Shown here: positions 7,435 through 16,332 of the stretch, piece after piece | Layout: every line of letters starts with the position of its first letter | Position numbering within the stretch: the stretch's first letter is position 1 | DNA from: a virus | Taxonomy: Duplodnaviria; Caudoviricetes | Direction: 5' to 3' (one strand) | IMG/VR virus record: IMGVR_UViG_3300017754_000406 | Coordinates: 1-30,407 of that record | Length of the DNA: 30,407 nt | The notes under the pieces: generated by a model | What the model was told of the DNA's origin: nothing | The model's input: only the letters and a program-made list of their open reading frames with translations | Database searches by the model: none | Program-made: the position numbers and the translations under genes

Positions 7435-10400
7435 CTAGTCTAAGTTAATAATTCCTCCACCACTCTTCTTTTTACTTTTCCTTCCACTCTTTGGAGTGTA
7501 TTGATATGCCTCATCCTTAATCTCTCGCTCTAATTTTTGCATCTCTTTCCTAATCTCACGTTTAATTACCTCCTCAGGATTAACAATTTCATTGAGACCG
7601 CCTTCGCCGAATGTTTCTTTATACAGTTCAGGGTCGTATCGCTCCATGTCTGATCTTGTAGGATAACCTTGAAGCAGCAATTCTTCTAAGTCCTTCTTGA
7701 GTTTCTTTCTCTTTGATGACTTCCCAAGGTCTTTGTATATCTCCTTAAGAACAATCTTTCTAACGTCCTTATACAAAGGGATAAGACCAACATTCCCGAT
7801 AATCTCAAGAGGTATTCTAATTCCTATCTCCTTCTCTGTTATTTCCTTAGCCTCTTTAGTTTTCTTTGGAGCCTCAAGAATTTTTCTTAAAATCAGAAAA
7901 CCTGTCTTTGCTGATGGGCCAAGAGGTCCAAGAGTTGATGCTGCAAGGTCAACTATTTTTTTGTTTGCATCAGGTTTTTTACCTTCCTTATCTGGCGGAA
8001 CAATAGTAAACTGGATGGCATCCTTGTATGGATCGTAATCACCTTCTCTTAAGAAATCAAGCTTTCTTTTATTAACCTCCTCGATGCCTATATTAAACAC
8101 AGTTCTAACTGAGTTTCCGAAGTCTCTTCCAATCATTAGAGATGTAACAGATGATGCAACTGCTTGACCGAGCTTCTGAATAAATGACTTTTCATCCTCT
8201 TCCTCATCATCATCTCCGAACATTGACAACATGCTATTGCTAAGCTGCTGTGTAAGCAAAGAGTACACGACCATACGAGAAGTAACGGCAGCAATCAAAG
8301 CAGTACCCTGCCTTCTAGATATATCACCATTGCCCATCAGCGCATTGATGCCAGTTCTTGCAGTGATGTATTCGTAGGTTACAAACCTAGTCATGTAGTT
8401 GTTGAATCGATTGAAAGCTTTAGCAAATACAGACTGGTTCTGCATGTCTCTGCCCTTCAGGATACCCATGAACGGGTTGTCTGTGGCACTCATAAACGTA
8501 ACGTCCTGATCGGCCTTTGCTGTTGCAGACTGAAGCGCTTCCTTATTTTCATTCATGTAAGCCTCATCGTTGGATGCAATCTTATCAAAGTCAGGCTCTG
8601 TTCCTGTAATCTTTTTGAACTCAAGAGAGAACGAACCAAACCAAACTGGCCTTGTTACAATCTTATCGGGGGTAGATATCAACGCGTCGGCTGTCATCTC
8701 AATAGGGTTCTGAATCTTCTTCTTTACAACCCTTGTGTATATCTGATTGACTGCGTTTGCTACATCGCCTTTCGACTTACTATTCTTAATACCAGCCGCA
8801 TGCTTAAGCATGTTGCTATCAATCATTGAACCGCTAAGAGTGTTATCAGAGTATACCCTGTTTGTTTGAGAGCTGTTAAGGTTATTCATTACAGATACAC
8901 CCAAGGTAGAGAATACAATACCTTTAAGTCTGTACCCTTCAGCAAACATTTTACTTCCTCTTGACAGAACAAAGCTCATGTTGGATAAAAGCTCGGCCAA
9001 GAATCTTGGCGCACCGGCAAGAACAGCTCTGTATCCCTGAGTTGACAGAAAGTTTATGGCATCATCAATGGATGTTGTCTTGCCGAAAGAGCTGACCAGT
9101 ACATTCTCAAGAGCCTGCTCGTATGATTTACCAATAGCATTTGCTATGTCTCTTGCCTGCTTCCCCTTGACGCCATCTTTCATTACATTGATAGACATGC
9201 GTCCAGTTATGATAGGTTCTGTCAGGTAGTAGTCCATGAGCTGGCTTCTGCTGACAAAGTTTGTAACATTGAACGGATCAAAGTTGATAGCCTTTGCCTC
9301 TGGTGTACGCTCAATAAGAGACTTAGCTCTTGATGATGGCATACGACTGCTGCTAAAAGCCTCAATGATTGTCTGACCTGACAGGTCGTCCTTGGCCCTA
9401 CCATCTGATATCACGCTGTGGTGGATGTAGTTGTTGATTGGAACAAACTTCTCACCTCTTATTACGTTTGCGGTATACGATGCCTTTTCTGACAGATCCT
9501 TGTTGATGTCCTTTATAGTCCTGATAGCATTAAACTCAGCACCATTAAATGAATCCAAAAGCTCTTGCATATCAATCTGACCGTTGACAGCAAAGTCATC
9601 TACAATTTGTCGAAGCGTTTCTACATCATAGTCATTGAAGTTAGTCTCACCTGACTCGATAGCCTTTATGGTCTTGTTAATGAAGTCAATTGCAGGTGCT
9701 ACACCTTTCACTCCTGGGTTTGAGTTGTACTCAAGCTGGAGAAGGTATGTCATTATCTTGTACTTGGAAAGTCTAACCTTGGCTGGACTATCATTGAAAG
9801 ATGCAGACACATCATTTAATGCCTTGTCAAGCCTCTTGCTATTATTGTTGGACTCGGTGCTGAACTTAGCATAGGCTTTTGCAATTGGCTCGAACAGGTT
9901 CTTGTAGATTGTCTTTGTCTTGAAGTCTCCGAACACCTGATCGATATAGTAAAGAGGGTTACGAGCAATCATAGTAATGAAAGCATTCTTATCATTCGTA
10001 ACCAAGTTCTTTACCCTAGAGTACATCTTAGAGAACGACAAAGGCTCCGCGTTCTGGACTGCATTACCAAGTTCAGCCCCACTGTTTGCCGAGTTTATCT
10101 TCTTAATAATACGCTGGGCGTAGTGAGGGAAGAATCCGTTATTGATATTGTTTATTACACGAAGCAAGTTTTTCAGCTGCTGATTATCTAAAGACTCCAA
10201 ACCTTTTGTCTGAACTAACTCTGCTAGTCTATTGGCTGCGTCCCTTTCAGCTCTGCTTGGAAGGTTTGATGTATCAATCTCGGCGTCCTGAACAAAGTCC
10301 TGAAGCTGTCTTTTCTCGTCAGCTATTTCCTGCTCAGTCATTGGCGCCTTGACTTCAGCCGGAATGATAGTCGACCTGTACTTTCTCATAATCTCAGCAT

Positions 10401-13400
10401 CTGACGTACTGATAACACCAGCGTCAATCATCTTGTTGATGGTCTTACCAAAGTCAACCTCCCCATTATCGTCTAGCTCCTTGTCTTGGAAGTCGTCAAA
10501 CATTTCCTTCAGCTCTTCAGCCTTGAACTGCTCCTCCTCTACCGCATCAATTATATTAGCTGTGTCTCTTGCAACCTCTGATACATCAGCCAAATCAAGA
10601 ACAGCAGCACGCTCTGAAAGCATATTGACTAGGTCAACGTAGCTGTCAAGAACATCCATTGGTATCAGGTTCGGATTGATGGCAAGCATCTGTCTCAGCA
10701 TTGGCTTAAGGTCCTCAGATATACCAAGCTTGGTCTCGATGTTCTTCTTGGCTTTTGCCAGTGACTTACGGATACCAGCAATCTTGTCTGCGTACTCAGC
10801 GTTCTTGAATACCTTATCCATGTACTCAATAAAGTTTGACACAGACTTGTCGTCAAGAACATTTACTGCTGAGAATCTACGAAGTACAGCTGATGCCTGC
10901 TTGACGCTTATCTTTCCAGTACGTACAAGATCCTTAACAGATTTAGTCAGCTCTCCTGAAGCTTTTTTCCAAGCAGCCTTCAAGCTCTTGGCCCCAAGAC
11001 TCATGTTCTTTATTCGGTCTATAATTATCTGCTTGTCTGTTGTTGTAATTTTAGTAACATCATTCAGAAGACCTAACAGGCGGCGAGCAGATGGAGGGTT
11101 TCTGTATGCCTCACCAAGCATACCATTCACCTGACGCACCAGCTCATCGCGTTGGATGTCATCAGAATTTTTGTATATATCAGACTTGGATACGAATCTT
11201 TTTACCAGATCAATCATCTCCTGACCAGTAAGCTTACGCTTGAGTGCGTTCGGAATCAACGTGTCTGTCACGTCTCTCATCAGCTTGTCGTATCCGGGCA
11301 GCTCAGATACTGGCTTGCCTTCTTGTGCAGCTTGCTCTTTTACTGATTCTTTTATCTGGGCTGCTTCTGCTGTTTTTGATATTGATATTTCTCTTCCTAA
11401 TCTAATAGACTCAGACATCTGATTGAAGAAGTCAATCACTTCTTTCTTGCTGACAGTCTCCTTGAATGGAACAATCGCTCCGTTTGTTATCTGAGATACA
11501 ATCTTGTTTACTACCTGAGCAATCTTCTGGAACGTGCTAACTGGTATTTGCTTGCCCTGATCTGACATCAATGCGGAAAACTGAACAAGCCATTCTTCAT
11601 AACTCTTCTCTTCCCTATATTGAGATGCAAACTCATTTAATCCTTTTACGGTTGACTTTGAAAGTACTGATGTTAGTTGGTCTCTGAACTTACTAAACAA
11701 TTTTGGATTTTCACCAAAAGCTGCACTCATTACAGCATGAGCAACCTCATGATATACTGTCGTTGGGCTAGCATTTGAAAGGTTAATGTCTATCCTTACT
11801 ATTCTGCTACCATCTGGATATATTATTTGTGAAAATATACCTCTTGACTTTACTTTTGAACCAATCGACTCGGCGAAGGCGTCATAGTCACTACCATTTT
11901 CATGAAGATATATCTGTGCATTTGGTATAACAGACTGAAGTGTCTTCAGAACTTTCTTTGCAGCTGCAATTACAGACTTAACTCTTTCATCCTTTTGAGC
12001 TCTTGACTCAACATCCTCCATCATTGACTCGTTAGAGATGGATACTCCCTTCTGTTCCTTTACAGTTACCGGAGCTTCAAGCTCTCTTACAACACCAGTC
12101 TCAGCAGCAATAACTTTAGTCTGTATTGGCTTAGTCTTCTCCTCTCTTCCTTCTACAATATCTCTATACTTTTCTCTAACGCTCTCAGGCATAATTTCCC
12201 AAGAGTCAATCTTCTTATCGGGCACACCAACTACCTCTCCGAGTATTGTATTGTGATATGTTGAGTGCGGAGCATTTTCTCCTACACCAGTAGGCTTGCC
12301 GACAAGCATTATATCGTTTTGCTTGAAATCATTCTCTCTGTAGAAACCATCTCTCAGATCATTGTAGTCTACAAAAACATTGAATGTGCCAAGCAGTTCT
12401 TTAAGAGAACCCTGAGGAGCCGTCTTTAGTTTACCAATCTTATCGATGGCAATCAGGAACTCTTTTCTCTTGGTACTCTTAGATAGCTCCTCAAAAGAAT
12501 TGACTGAGTTTAATGCAGACTTTATTGTCTTCAGTTCATTGGTTTCTTTGCCAAAAGAGTTGATGGCATTCTTGAAATCCTCGAAGCTAGATGTCTTGTT
12601 TATTCTTTCAGCTATCAGGTCTAGAACCCTACGGTTAAACAGCTTTGCTTTTTCAGGAGACCCGCTGATAAAGAATATGTAATCGGCTTTGCTTACTTGC
12701 CCCTCTAATGTTTTCTTAGAAAGACCACTCGCCCACAGGATACCTTTACTTTTGTTTTCAGGATCTAGTGCGAAGCTTGGACCTGCATCTAGGTAGTGAT
12801 TGTCTCCAATGACAGCATCGTAGTAATTCCCACGCCCCAACTGGTCAGCCATCCAAAACCAAACCTTCTGCTTCTTCTCTATGATAGTCTTGATCAGGCT
12901 GTTGATATCAATCTTGTCAGACTCAGTAACAAACGAAAGAGGAGCAGGTGTTTTCGGGAACTTAACGTCAGTACCTTTCTGCTCTTTTACAATAACCTCA
13001 GGGTCCCCTATCGATACCGATGCTCCTTCCTCTACAGCTTGAGTATCCGGAGAAGCAGATGGTTCAACCACAGACGGGGCTGTTGGTGTAACTTCCGTAA
13101 CTTCCTGTGTCTTCAAAGACACTTCAGGAGCAGTCTTACCAATAGCGCTTTCAACTGCTTGAACTAGTTCAGGATTGCTGCCATCTGCTTTTGCCTTATG
13201 GTATGCTTCGGAAATTAAGTTTGCATTTATCTCAGAAACATTTGACTTATTAAAAACAATAATTTCCTGTCTTGGGATAGGTGATTTTAATCGAGTAAAA
13301 TTGTTTAACAAACCATCATACCCCATATTCTCTAACGCTCTTCTAAACTGAGGGTCTTCTTTTAGTTCTTGAGCATAATTACCATCGATATATTTTCCGT

Positions 13401-16326
13401 TCAATATCTCTTTTGGTATAAGTATATCTTCTTTTACCGTCTCTTTCCAAGATTCAACAAGTCTATCATTAAAGTCTTTTGTCACCTTTGCGTCAATATC
13501 AAAAAGATTTGACGTTGCTAATGATAGTTTTTTCAATACACCTTTTCCTTTAGTGTACATCTTCCCTACTATCTCATTTGGAGATATAAAAATATCCTTT
13601 TCAGGAAGTTCTTCTACAGGCTGCCCTCTAAAGTATTTTGTTGATTTTGTTTTTTCAAACAATGGTTCAATGTCTATGCCTTCCAACGCCTTAGATGTAC
13701 TCTCTACATCTCTTAGAGCAGGTGCTACTTCTTCTTGCGTGAGCGGAGCAGTGATGGTTTCTTGGACACCTTCTGCGGTAACTCCTTGAGGTTCTGCTTG
13801 GGGTTCTCCTTCCGCCACTTGTTCGCTAACTCTGGTTGTTGGCTGTACAGGTACTTCACCTGCTGCTTGCTTTTGAACGGCATCTTCTGATATTTTTGTT
13901 AGTTCTTCGTTAATTGCGTTTATTCTGTTCTGTTGTGGTTTAACCAATGCTGCGTCCTTACCCTCAACCTGCTGCTCCAAACCACGGCGCTCGCGCAGTA
14001 GGTTCATTGCCTTCTTTTTATCCTCAGTAGTAAGACCATCAGGCACTGAGTTCAGTAATGATATTGCATTTCGGTACTCATTCAGTTGCTCCTTTGCATC
14101 GGCAAGAGTAATCTCACCTGAGTTTACTTTCTCCTTAAGCTTTGCTACGTATGCTGATCTGATGTTATCATCCTGAGCTCCCAGCTCAAACATCTTAAAC
14201 ACATCATCGCTTACTCCAAGATATCCTTGTCCTCTATTTGCGGCTGCTATAGCACTTGGCATACCAAGAACCATACCTCCAATCCCCTCAGCTGCTGCCG
14301 CTTCAAGTATGTCTGCTGCATATTCACCCACCGTTAATGGCAGGTCAAACATTTTCTTTTCTTTAATGGCGTTGTATATATTTTTTGCGCCAAGCTCAGC
14401 AATTTGTTGGGCCGCTCCAGTCTCTGCCTCTGCTAAAACACCCCCAACAATTGTTAATGCACCTCTTGCGATACCACTTTCAACTTCATTCTTGACTAGC
14501 TCTCCAAATGTCTTTGCTGTTGTTGTGGCACCAGCCTTTCCTATAGCAGATAATGCTAGCCTATTAAGAAGACCTTTGTTGCCAACAACATTTCTAAATC
14601 CTAATCTTTCCAACTGAGCAACTACAATTGACAATGGAACTGATACAGCCATCTTCTCAGACTCTGAAACATCATTAAAGTCTGGATCACTGTTCATCTG
14701 ATTCATCATGTAGTCATGACTCTGACCTATAAGCTTTGCTGTTTTAACTACAGACCCGCCGCCAACAAATGAAGGTATTGACTCAATAGCGCCAAGAAGA
14801 ACACCAGACAACCAGTTCTGTTTTGAAGATTGCTCATACTCCCTTGTTGTGCTGGTAAACATTTCGCCTGCATTCTTTATCGCATCAATTACAACAGGCT
14901 TTTCTTCTTTTTTTATTTGGTCTTTTAGTCTGGACTGTATATCGCTTTTGTAATCATCACTCAATCCCATCCACCATTTCTCATAGCCTTCTCTTGTAAT
15001 CTTTCCATCAGGTCCTTTTTCTGGACCAGCAATGTTATCCTTTTGAGCCATTTCTATATAGCTCTCTTTAATCCAATCACTCCCCCTAATCCAGTCAATC
15101 GGTTGAACAGAATACGCAGCCTCTAAAGCCAAGTCAGCAATACCAGATACTATATTTGTTCCACCTCTAACCAATGCATCAATAACAAGATCATAAGGAG
15201 TTCCCTGCTCCGACTTCATCTCAGTATACTTACCGATAGCTTTATCAAGCGTAGCGCCTCTCTGAGCTATAGACTCCTGACGTGATTGTGCATTTGAGAC
15301 TCTTGAGTTATATGCAGCGCTCTTTACCTCATACATCTTCATTGCAGAGTCCTTTACGGTAGGATCTGTTATTGACTGTATTGAGTTGTATTCATTTGTT
15401 AGTTCCTGAGAAAGCTTTGCAAGATCCTTTAGCTCTTGGTTTAGAGCGTCAGCATCCTGACTGAAAATCTTTGTCTCAGCTTTAACCTCCTCATCTGTAA
15501 CAAACTTTCTGTTCTCGTCCTGATACTGCTTCTCAATCTTAGCCAAATCAATTGGCTTAATCTTCATTGACCCTGACTGAATAAATCTACGAAGACGGTC
15601 CGCTTCAGCTCCCTCCTTTGCTCCAGTAAATGCGTCAAGAGATATCTCAATAGTCTCTCCGGTAGGAGAGGTAGCCTTCATGTAATCTCCAAGAGCACCA
15701 GCCTCCTCAAACTTAAACCCTAGTGGGCCAAACTGATAGTTAAGGCTAGGCACCACATACTCCTCCTCCATACCAACACGCTCAGGAGTAATGCCCTCAA
15801 GAAGGGGCTTAATAAATCCGGGAGTGGCGGCCTCTCTTTCTGCCTCTCTTTTTGCAACATCTCTTGGGAGAACGCCAACTCTAGGAGCGGCTGTGCTTTC
15901 AGATACAATACCTACGGATGGCTTAATGATTGGCTCAGTCCCTGCTGATACCGACAAACCATCTTCCGATGGCAATGCCATAGCGGCGCGTTCCATTGCC
16001 TGCTGCCTTTGTGCGCCTCTTCCTACTGGAGTTGGAGACATTCTTGGCTGTACCTCTGGAGCCTTCTGTTGAGGAAACTGAACCATCCCCTGAGGAAGTC
16101 CCACCGTTGTCGGCTCCTCTTTTTTTTTATAAGGTGCTTGGAATCGTCCGACCATTGAGCCGAACTGAGTAGCGTCAGAGACTAAACCATTTATCTGAGC
16201 GTATGAGAACATGTCATCAAACACCTCTTGGTCTGTCTTGATAAGCGAAGCAAAATCGTTACGAGATTTTTTATATCCCAAAGATGTTGCTCTGTTATAT
16301 AGTTGGTCTATCAGTTTCTCGTCCAT
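7435..16326 (-). CDS. Giant (2963 aa) putative internal virion/ejection protein of large polyvalent type, with ART-like and zincin (HExxH) modules
   Basis: Last gene of the tail/ejection cluster; Gly/Ala hydrophobic helices at about aa 380-700; ART-like motifs at aa 883-1036; HEVAH at aa 1526; long helical C-terminal half; tandem TAG TAG stop. Confidence 0.8.
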   Translation of the reverse strand: MDEKLIDQLYNRATSLGYKKSRNDFASLIKTDQEVFDDMFSYAQINGLVSDATQFGSMVGRFQAPYKKKEEPTTVGLPQGMVQFPQQKAPEVQPRMSPTPVGRGAQRQQAMERAAMALPSEDGLSVSAGTEPIIKPSVGIVSESTAAPRVGVLPRDVAKREAEREAATPGFIKPLLEGITPERVGMEEEYVVPSLNYQFGPLGFKFEEAGALGDYMKATSPTGETIEISLDAFTGAKEGAEADRLRRFIQSGSMKIKPIDLAKIEKQYQDENRKFVTDEEVKAETKIFSQDADALNQELKDLAKLSQELTNEYNSIQSITDPTVKDSAMKMYEVKSAAYNSRVSNAQSRQESIAQRGATLDKAIGKYTEMKSEQGTPYDLVIDALVRGGTNIVSGIADLALEAAYSVQPIDWIRGSDWIKESYIEMAQKDNIAGPEKGPDGKITREGYEKWWMGLSDDYKSDIQSRLKDQIKKEEKPVVIDAIKNAGEMFTSTTREYEQSSKQNWLSGVLLGAIESIPSFVGGGSVVKTAKLIGQSHDYMMNQMNSDPDFNDVSESEKMAVSVPLSIVVAQLERLGFRNVVGNKGLLNRLALSAIGKAGATTTAKTFGELVKNEVESGIARGALTIVGGVLAEAETGAAQQIAELGAKNIYNAIKEKKMFDLPLTVGEYAADILEAAAAEGIGGMVLGMPSAIAAANRGQGYLGVSDDVFKMFELGAQDDNIRSAYVAKLKEKVNSGEITLADAKEQLNEYRNAISLLNSVPDGLTTEDKKKAMNLLRERRGLEQQVEGKDAALVKPQQNRINAINEELTKISEDAVQKQAAGEVPVQPTTRVSEQVAEGEPQAEPQGVTAEGVQETITAPLTQEEVAPALRDVESTSKALEGIDIEPLFEKTKSTKYFRGQPVEELPEKDIFISPNEIVGKMYTKGKGVLKKLSLATSNLFDIDAKVTKDFNDRLVESWKETVKEDILIPKEILNGKYIDGNYAQELKEDPQFRRALENMGYDGLLNNFTRLKSPIPRQEIIVFNKSNVSEINANLISEAYHKAKADGSNPELVQAVESAIGKTAPEVSLKTQEVTEVTPTAPSVVEPSASPDTQAVEEGASVSIGDPEVIVKEQKGTDVKFPKTPAPLSFVTESDKIDINSLIKTIIEKKQKVWFWMADQLGRGNYYDAVIGDNHYLDAGPSFALDPENKSKGILWASGLSKKTLEGQVSKADYIFFISGSPEKAKLFNRRVLDLIAERINKTSSFEDFKNAINSFGKETNELKTIKSALNSVNSFEELSKSTKRKEFLIAIDKIGKLKTAPQGSLKELLGTFNVFVDYNDLRDGFYRENDFKQNDIMLVGKPTGVGENAPHSTYHNTILGEVVGVPDKKIDSWEIMPESVREKYRDIVEGREEKTKPIQTKVIAAETGVVRELEAPVTVKEQKGVSISNESMMEDVESRAQKDERVKSVIAAAKKVLKTLQSVIPNAQIYLHENGSDYDAFAESIGSKVKSRGIFSQIIYPDGSRIVRIDINLSNASPTTVYHEVAHAVMSAAFGENPKLFSKFRDQLTSVLSKSTVKGLNEFASQYREEKSYEEWLVQFSALMSDQGKQIPVSTFQKIAQVVNKIVSQITNGAIVPFKETVSKKEVIDFFNQMSESIRLGREISISKTAEAAQIKESVKEQAAQEGKPVSELPGYDKLMRDVTDTLIPNALKRKLTGQEMIDLVKRFVSKSDIYKNSDDIQRDELVRQVNGMLGEAYRNPPSARRLLGLLNDVTKITTTDKQIIIDRIKNMSLGAKSLKAAWKKASGELTKSVKDLVRTGKISVKQASAVLRRFSAVNVLDDKSVSNFIEYMDKVFKNAEYADKIAGIRKSLAKAKKNIETKLGISEDLKPMLRQMLAINPNLIPMDVLDSYVDLVNMLSERAAVLDLADVSEVARDTANIIDAVEEEQFKAEELKEMFDDFQDKELDDNGEVDFGKTINKMIDAGVISTSDAEIMRKYRSTIIPAEVKAPMTEQEIADEKRQLQDFVQDAEIDTSNLPSRAERDAANRLAELVQTKGLESLDNQQLKNLLRVINNINNGFFPHYAQRIIKKINSANSGAELGNAVQNAEPLSFSKMYSRVKNLVTNDKNAFITMIARNPLYYIDQVFGDFKTKTIYKNLFEPIAKAYAKFSTESNNNSKRLDKALNDVSASFNDSPAKVRLSKYKIMTYLLQLEYNSNPGVKGVAPAIDFINKTIKAIESGETNFNDYDVETLRQIVDDFAVNGQIDMQELLDSFNGAEFNAIRTIKDINKDLSEKASYTANVIRGEKFVPINNYIHHSVISDGRAKDDLSGQTIIEAFSSSRMPSSRAKSLIERTPEAKAINFDPFNVTNFVSRSQLMDYYLTEPIITGRMSINVMKDGVKGKQARDIANAIGKSYEQALENVLVSSFGKTTSIDDAINFLSTQGYRAVLAGAPRFLAELLSNMSFVLSRGSKMFAEGYRLKGIVFSTLGVSVMNNLNSSQTNRVYSDNTLSGSMIDSNMLKHAAGIKNSKSKGDVANAVNQIYTRVVKKKIQNPIEMTADALISTPDKIVTRPVWFGSFSLEFKKITGTEPDFDKIASNDEAYMNENKEALQSATAKADQDVTFMSATDNPFMGILKGRDMQNQSVFAKAFNRFNNYMTRFVTYEYITARTGINALMGNGDISRRQGTALIAAVTSRMVVYSLLTQQLSNSMLSMFGDDDEEEDEKSFIQKLGQAVASSVTSLMIGRDFGNSVRTVFNIGIEEVNKRKLDFLREGDYDPYKDAIQFTIVPPDKEGKKPDANKKIVDLAASTLGPLGPSAKTGFLILRKILEAPKKTKEAKEITEKEIGIRIPLEIIGNVGLIPLYKDVRKIVLKEIYKDLGKSSKRKKLKKDLEELLLQGYPTRSDMERYDPELYKETFGEGGLNEIVNPEEVIKREIRKEMQKLEREIKDEAYQYTPKSGRKSKKKSGGGIINLD
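13725..13883 (-). CDS. Nested (overprinted) 52-aa basic protein of MPFKS type in the +1 frame of the giant gene
   Basis: Translates as MPFKSKQQVKYLYSQQPELANKWRKENPKQNLKELPQKVSKKPSLLRSRKKK*; A-rich leader with A at -3 and -10 to -14; absent from the supplied ORF track (<60 aa). Confidence 0.7.
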   Translation of the reverse strand: MPFKSKQQVKYLYSQQPELANKWRKENPKQNLKELPQKVSKKPSLLRSRKKK

Positions 16327-16332
16327 TATATA

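Noticed and set aside
7435-16326. Giant protein as a crAss-type or N4-type virion RNA polymerase
   Set aside because: I found no DxDxD catalytic motif in a plausible context and no T7-like polymerase motifs; host-type promoters are present
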